DNA from: an uncultured Acidobacteriota bacterium
GTDB taxonomy: Bacteria; Acidobacteriota; Terriglobia; UBA7540
Reading direction: 5' to 3'
Assembly: GCA_963831905.1 (NCBI GenBank)
Contig: CAWHRX010000002.1
Span: 140,150 to 204,149 of the forward strand
Length of the DNA: 64,000 nucleotides
This document shows, piece by piece, positions 60,406 through 64,000 of the stretch (positions within the stretch are counted from its first letter, which is position 1; each line of letters starts with the position of its first letter). Below the pieces are notes generated by a model. That model worked only from the letters and a program-made list of their open reading frames with translations, was not told the origin of the DNA and did no database searches. A program made the position numbers and the translations under genes.

Positions 60406-60808
60406 GTCCTCGCGTTCTTGCTCGCTGGCGTGCAGGGTTTTTTTTGAAGGTAAGGTTCCATTTGTTCAACTGGTGCCACAAGGCACCGATCTTGATCGAT
60501 ATGCCCTGCTCGGCGAGACGTTCACCTAACTCGGCCAGGCTCAGACCCGGCGCTTGTTCGATCCAGGCGCGCAGCACGGGCTCCATCTCCGCGATCCGCG
60601 AACGGCGATGGCCTCCAATCTGAAAGCTGGTGCGTTGTCCGGTCTTCTGCTCCCGACCCCGCACCTGGTAAACCCAGACGCGACTGACTTCCAGCCGCTG
60701 CGCAATCGCCGTCGGACGTTCTCCGCGATCCAATGCCCATAACACCCGATCCCGCAAATCTTGTGAATAGGATTGCATCCTCCGCCTCCCCTCAACCGGA
60801 AGAGGCAT
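60332..60808 (-). CDS. IS630 transposase, N-terminal HTH part (orfA)
   Basis: It has YSQDLRDRVL and RVWVYQ HTH-like segments. It leaves the orfB frame at the A8 run (60438..60445). Confidence 0.8.
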   Translation of the reverse strand: MPLPVEGRRRMQSYSQDLRDRVLWALDRGERPTAIAQRLEVSRVWVYQVRGREQKTGQRTSFQIGGHRRSRIAEMEPVLRAWIEQAPGLSLAELGERLAEQGISIKIGALWHQLNKWNLTFKKNPARQRARTRGRAAGKKSLAASAAHDGSRKARLYR

Positions 60809-60860
60809 TATCGCACATAAATGTATATACTTAAATTAAAAATGCTCTAACCATCCCTTC

Positions 60861-61655
60861 TTACGCATGTGCAGCCTCCTGAGCATTGTTTTTCGGTCGC
60901 GCTTCATCCGCTGCTCCTCCAACCGTCGAACCCCGGCTGCACGAGAGCCTTGTTGTGTCCAAGCTGGAACTCTGCGCCACATCAGGCCTCGCAGTCCGGC
61001 CATTCGATCTCGCCCAGACACGGATTCCAAGCACCACCGCAAAGAGTGACAGCCCCAAGGGAAGGGCAACCCCCGTCATTTCCACGCCCATCAGCTCGGC
61101 TCCGCCAAGACCGAACGCAAAGATTACAACCACGATCGCGAGCGCTCGCGAGGCGGCTTTCGCGTTTGCCTGACCAAACGCCGCAAGGCGTTGCGTCGAT
61201 GCCGCGAGGTAGCCGTCGAATCCGTCAACCAAAACCATTCCGGCCGAAAACATGGCTCCCAGTACGAGTGCGTTGGTCTGTCCGGCAAGAATCAGCGCCG
61301 AAAGCTGTGACGCGGTTTCGAATCCGGCCGCCAGCAACATGCCCAACAAGAAGGGTTGACCAATGACGGGGTGTGTACTGACCGGCAGTTGCGAAGACCC
61401 CCTAAGCAGCCGCCACAAATTGACTGCGCCGATCAGGATCAGACTCCAGGGACCGACGAATGCGAAGCGCTGGGCAACAATGTGCCCGATCCCTACAGCC
61501 AGCAGAATCACCACAAGCCCGTGGCCGAGTGCGAAATAGACGCCATTGGTTGCTCGAGGACGAAGACGCGTGAGACCGTCAATCGCCGCAAGGTGGTCGG
61601 GATCCGTCCCGTGGCGCATTCCCAGCGCCAAACCGACGAGCGCTATGGCATTCAC
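60861..61655 (-). CDS. NiCoT-family nickel/cobalt transporter
   Basis: The RHGTDPDHLAAID signature (HxxDxDH) is in the first TM region. There are multiple TM segments. Confidence 0.75.
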   Translation of the reverse strand: MNAIALVGLALGMRHGTDPDHLAAIDGLTRLRPRATNGVYFALGHGLVVILLAVGIGHIVAQRFAFVGPWSLILIGAVNLWRLLRGSSQLPVSTHPVIGQPFLLGMLLAAGFETASQLSALILAGQTNALVLGAMFSAGMVLVDGFDGYLAASTQRLAAFGQANAKAASRALAIVVVIFAFGLGGAELMGVEMTGVALPLGLSLFAVVLGIRVWARSNGRTARPDVAQSSSLDTTRLSCSRGSTVGGAADEARPKNNAQEAAHA

Positions 61656-61758
61656 GAGTTACTCCCGGCTTCTTTTTCACGAAGACGACACACATACGAA
61701 AGGGTGGCAGAATCCATTAGCCAACCGGCCCCACGCAAACCGTTCACCCCGTTTGAAC

Positions 61759-62208
61759 CTATCCAGCGATGGAGGATTCCCCCGCGCGAAGCTTGAATTC
61801 ATCCTGCCGTTCGGCTTCCGATCCGACTCGGCGAAAGGGATCGAATCGACGGTCGGCGAACTCCTCGGGTAGCGGCAGAAGCCTTCCGGCAACCTTGCTC
61901 TGAAAGGCCCAATCGACCAGGGCCTGGTACTGATACAAATGCCGGATATTGCCCAGCCAAATAGAACCCGAGAAATCCGAAATGGTGACGACATTGGAAA
62001 GATCGCACGGCCCAAGGCATCCACTGATCGTTAGTTGAACATTCTTCAAGAGCCCCATCCTCCGCCACTCCGCCTTTAGCCACTCGACGGGAACCTCCGG
62101 TTTGCCGCGATCGGTATTTCCGCAACAACACCCACGGCACATCGAGATCTGGCCGATCACCAGGCGCTTGGTTTTGAGGGTATCCCCATCCGACCCCAAC
62201 GTTTGCAC
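61759..62208 (-). CDS. thioredoxin-like [2Fe-2S] ferredoxin-domain protein
   Basis: GTG 62208 is preceded by AAGGGAG. Cys cluster CRGCCCG ... SGCLGPC. Confidence 0.5.
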   Translation of the reverse strand: MQTLGSDGDTLKTKRLVIGQISMCRGCCCGNTDRGKPEVPVEWLKAEWRRMGLLKNVQLTISGCLGPCDLSNVVTISDFSGSIWLGNIRHLYQYQALVDWAFQSKVAGRLLPLPEEFADRRFDPFRRVGSEAERQDEFKLRAGESSIAG

Positions 62209-62225
62209 ACCGGCTCCCTTGTTTC

Positions 62226-62570
62226 CTAACAGCCCGATGGCGCAGCCCCAGAAAACCGAGCCTCGACCTCTTGCATTTTTCGCGCCAGCTCCTCGGGAGT
62301 AAGAATCTGCTTTTGGAACAGGATGTTGGCGAAGGCAACGATCCACCTCTCGTAATACGTCAGCTTTCCAACGAGTTCGCTCCCCAGGCTCGCAATGCCG
62401 CGGCGCTTCTCTTCGGTGTTGACGATCTTGTGGATATCGAGAACGTTGGCCAGCGCATGGCAACGCTTTTCCCACGGCGCGTATTCGTGCTCGACGCGTT
62501 GGATAGGGCCGGCCTCAAGCCCACCAAGCTCCGTGGACAGGTGCTTTATGAGGTCTTCTATTTGACTCAT
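62226..62570 (-). CDS. nitrile hydratase beta-subunit N-terminal-half homologue
   Basis: It has PWEKR...N.EE.R..I......YYERWIVAF..L....ILT.EEL, which parallels the N-terminal domain of NHase beta. Its ATG overlaps the alpha stop (ATGA). Confidence 0.65.
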   Translation of the reverse strand: MSQIEDLIKHLSTELGGLEAGPIQRVEHEYAPWEKRCHALANVLDIHKIVNTEEKRRGIASLGSELVGKLTYYERWIVAFANILFQKQILTPEELARKMQEVEARFSGAAPSGC

Positions 62571-63211
62571 TGGGATCTCTCCTTCGCATTCGGAATGTTC
62601 GGCTTCACCACGCCGATCATGGCGTCACGCGTGACCAGAGCAGCGAGCTGTTCCTCGGTAAAGTTCTCAGTGCCCGGCGGCCGTTGGGGTAAAACCAGGA
62701 ATCGAATCATGGCCGTCGAATCACTGACGCGAATTTCCACATCATCCGGAATCGTCGTGCCGAACTCGGCCAGAACCGCCCGCGGTTCCTTCACCGCCCG
62801 CGCACGATAGGGCTTCAATTTGTACCAGTCGGGCGGCAGCCCGAGGATCTCGCGCGGGTAGCACGAACAGAGCGTGCAAACAATGAGGTTGTGCACCTTA
62901 TCGGTATTCTCGAGGACGATGAGCTGGGTGTCCTCGAAGAAGTCGATGCCGAGCTCTTCCAGGGTGGCGCGGCCGTTGGCGAGGAGCCGGGCTCGGAACT
63001 CGGGATCAACCCAGGCGCGTGCGACTATTTTGGAACCTAGAGCAGGCGTGCGAGTGTCCATCACTTCCAGCATTTGCCGGATCTCGACGGCGCCAATTAC
63101 CTTCTTTTCAACGAGCAGCTCGCGGACTGCAGTCTCCATGATCTCGTAATAGCCCGGCTTCTGCTCGGGCAGGTCGGGCGCGGGCGTGTGTGCTTTTACC
63201 TGTGATCCCAT
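62567..63211 (-). CDS. nitrile hydratase alpha subunit, Co-type metal site
   Basis: VCTLCSCYP metal-binding motif. Thr after the first Cys is characteristic of Co-type enzymes. Confidence 0.85.
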   Translation of the reverse strand: MGSQVKAHTPAPDLPEQKPGYYEIMETAVRELLVEKKVIGAVEIRQMLEVMDTRTPALGSKIVARAWVDPEFRARLLANGRATLEELGIDFFEDTQLIVLENTDKVHNLIVCTLCSCYPREILGLPPDWYKLKPYRARAVKEPRAVLAEFGTTIPDDVEIRVSDSTAMIRFLVLPQRPPGTENFTEEQLAALVTRDAMIGVVKPNIPNAKERSQ

Positions 63212-63214
63212 TTT

Positions 63215-63562
63215 TCAGCTCCTTTCCAGCCAAGTTTCGTAGACTTCGATTCGTAATCCATCATTCTTGGAACCTGCATACTTCGGCCACAGTTCCGTTA
63301 GCGGAATGGCGATGCGATAGTAGTGACGCTTGACTCCTGCATTCCGGCCGAACCCTTCGTCCTCGTTGTTGATGGCAGGCGGTTCGATCACCGCTTCTAT
63401 GAGGCCACGCTTTCCGCGGATGTAATTCGGCGTGCGGAAATGACCGATGGGAAACCGCATAGAAATCTTGATTTCGTCACCTGTTTTGAAGAGGGGTTCA
63501 GCGCCTTCTGCCTTCACGACGTTCGGCAGGGGCTTCAGCGTACGTCCAAGTCCGTCTGACAT
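63215..63562 (-). CDS. nitrile hydratase beta-subunit C-terminal-half homologue
   Basis: It has FKTGDEIKI....P.GH.R.P.Y.RGK.G.I ... YRI......LW ... IEVYE.WLE, which parallels the SH3-like C-terminal domain of NHase beta. Confidence 0.7.
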   Translation of the reverse strand: MSDGLGRTLKPLPNVVKAEGAEPLFKTGDEIKISMRFPIGHFRTPNYIRGKRGLIEAVIEPPAINNEDEGFGRNAGVKRHYYRIAIPLTELWPKYAGSKNDGLRIEVYETWLERS

Positions 63563-63574
63563 GAGTCCTCCTTT

Positions 63575-63904
63575 TCAAGGGTCTTTGCCGTCTTCTGGTT
63601 CGTTGCTTGCTTCTGACTCTGCGTTTAGAGTCTCCGCGGCTATACCCAGCTGTTGTCTGTTAATCCATTCACGCAAAAAGGGCGGACAATTCAGGAATTC
63701 GACGCCTTTGAGCTCGCAAGTTGCCAGGAACGTCACTGCTTCGCGCGCGACGAGCGTCACTTCGGTGAGGTCAAGGGCCACTGCGCCGCTTTGCCGCTCG
63801 ATCAGGTCTTTCACAACGCTCACATGTTCCTCGCGCATTCTGCCAGACACGCGCAACACGACCGCCTCCTCGCCAGTGGCGAGCAGTTGGATCTTGCAGG
63901 TCAT
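63575..63904 (-). CDS. small STAS-like domain protein
   Basis: 109 aa. Weak STAS-like pattern (LRVSGRM...VALDLTEVTLVAREAVTFL). Confidence 0.3.
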   Translation of the reverse strand: MTCKIQLLATGEEAVVLRVSGRMREEHVSVVKDLIERQSGAVALDLTEVTLVAREAVTFLATCELKGVEFLNCPPFLREWINRQQLGIAAETLNAESEASNEPEDGKDP

Positions 63905-64000
63905 CGGTTTCTCGAGAGCTGCCCCTGGTGCAGCGTTATATTTCTTTCAGCGTGCACTGTCGCTCAATGCAAATCGAGAGCCATTCGTAAGAGCTTGAGA

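Larger units (their letters stand above)
59837..60836 (-). mobile_element. IS630/Tc1-mariner family insertion sequence
   Basis: Terminal inverted repeats are (ATTTA)AGTATTTACAT at 59837..59852 and ATGTATATACT(TAAAT) at 60821..60836. TA dinucleotides flank the IR cores at 59840-41 and 60832-33. It holds two overlapping transposase ORFs. Confidence 0.8.

Overview
High-GC bacterial chromosomal segment. Gene content and the intergenic repeat families suggest Acidobacteriota, but that is inference only. The left two thirds is core genome. It carries nuoA, an orphan ThiS-like gene, a LytS-type kinase and rsmA. It also carries the rimP-nusA-infB-DUF503-truB block with a promoter and leader terminator, a VapBC pair, a PAS-GAF-GGDEF cyclase and a 1447-aa hybrid kinase. 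A complete chemosensory cluster follows: cheY-STAS-cheA-mcp-cheW-cheR-cheD-cheB-X-cheY. Both of its receptor-like proteins look soluble. The MCP contains four near-identical 273-bp in-frame tandem units. X carries two degenerate MCP hairpin-tip motifs. After that come a peroxiredoxin, an MBL-rhodanese fusion, a polyamine gene set (ODC-like, deoxyhypusine-synthase-like, agmatine deiminase) and class II RNR nrdJ. From about 50.7 kb the character changes. A decayed tRNA/tmRNA-like 3' end and an ATPase gene fragment mark the start of an accessory stretch. This stretch holds NTF2-like proteins, hydrolases, a Tat-signal ORF interrupted by one in-frame TGA, a carotenoid oxygenase, DUF302 and DsrE-like genes, and an IS630 element. 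It ends with a three-gene (split beta) Co-type nitrile-hydratase-like cluster plus a ferredoxin-like gene and a NiCoT transporter. Many gene ends are decorated by heptamer-periodic tandem or inverted arrays and by GTCATYCTGAGCGAAGCGAAG palindromes. No rRNA, functional tRNA or CRISPR array was seen. All family assignments come from motif recognition by eye, not from database searches.
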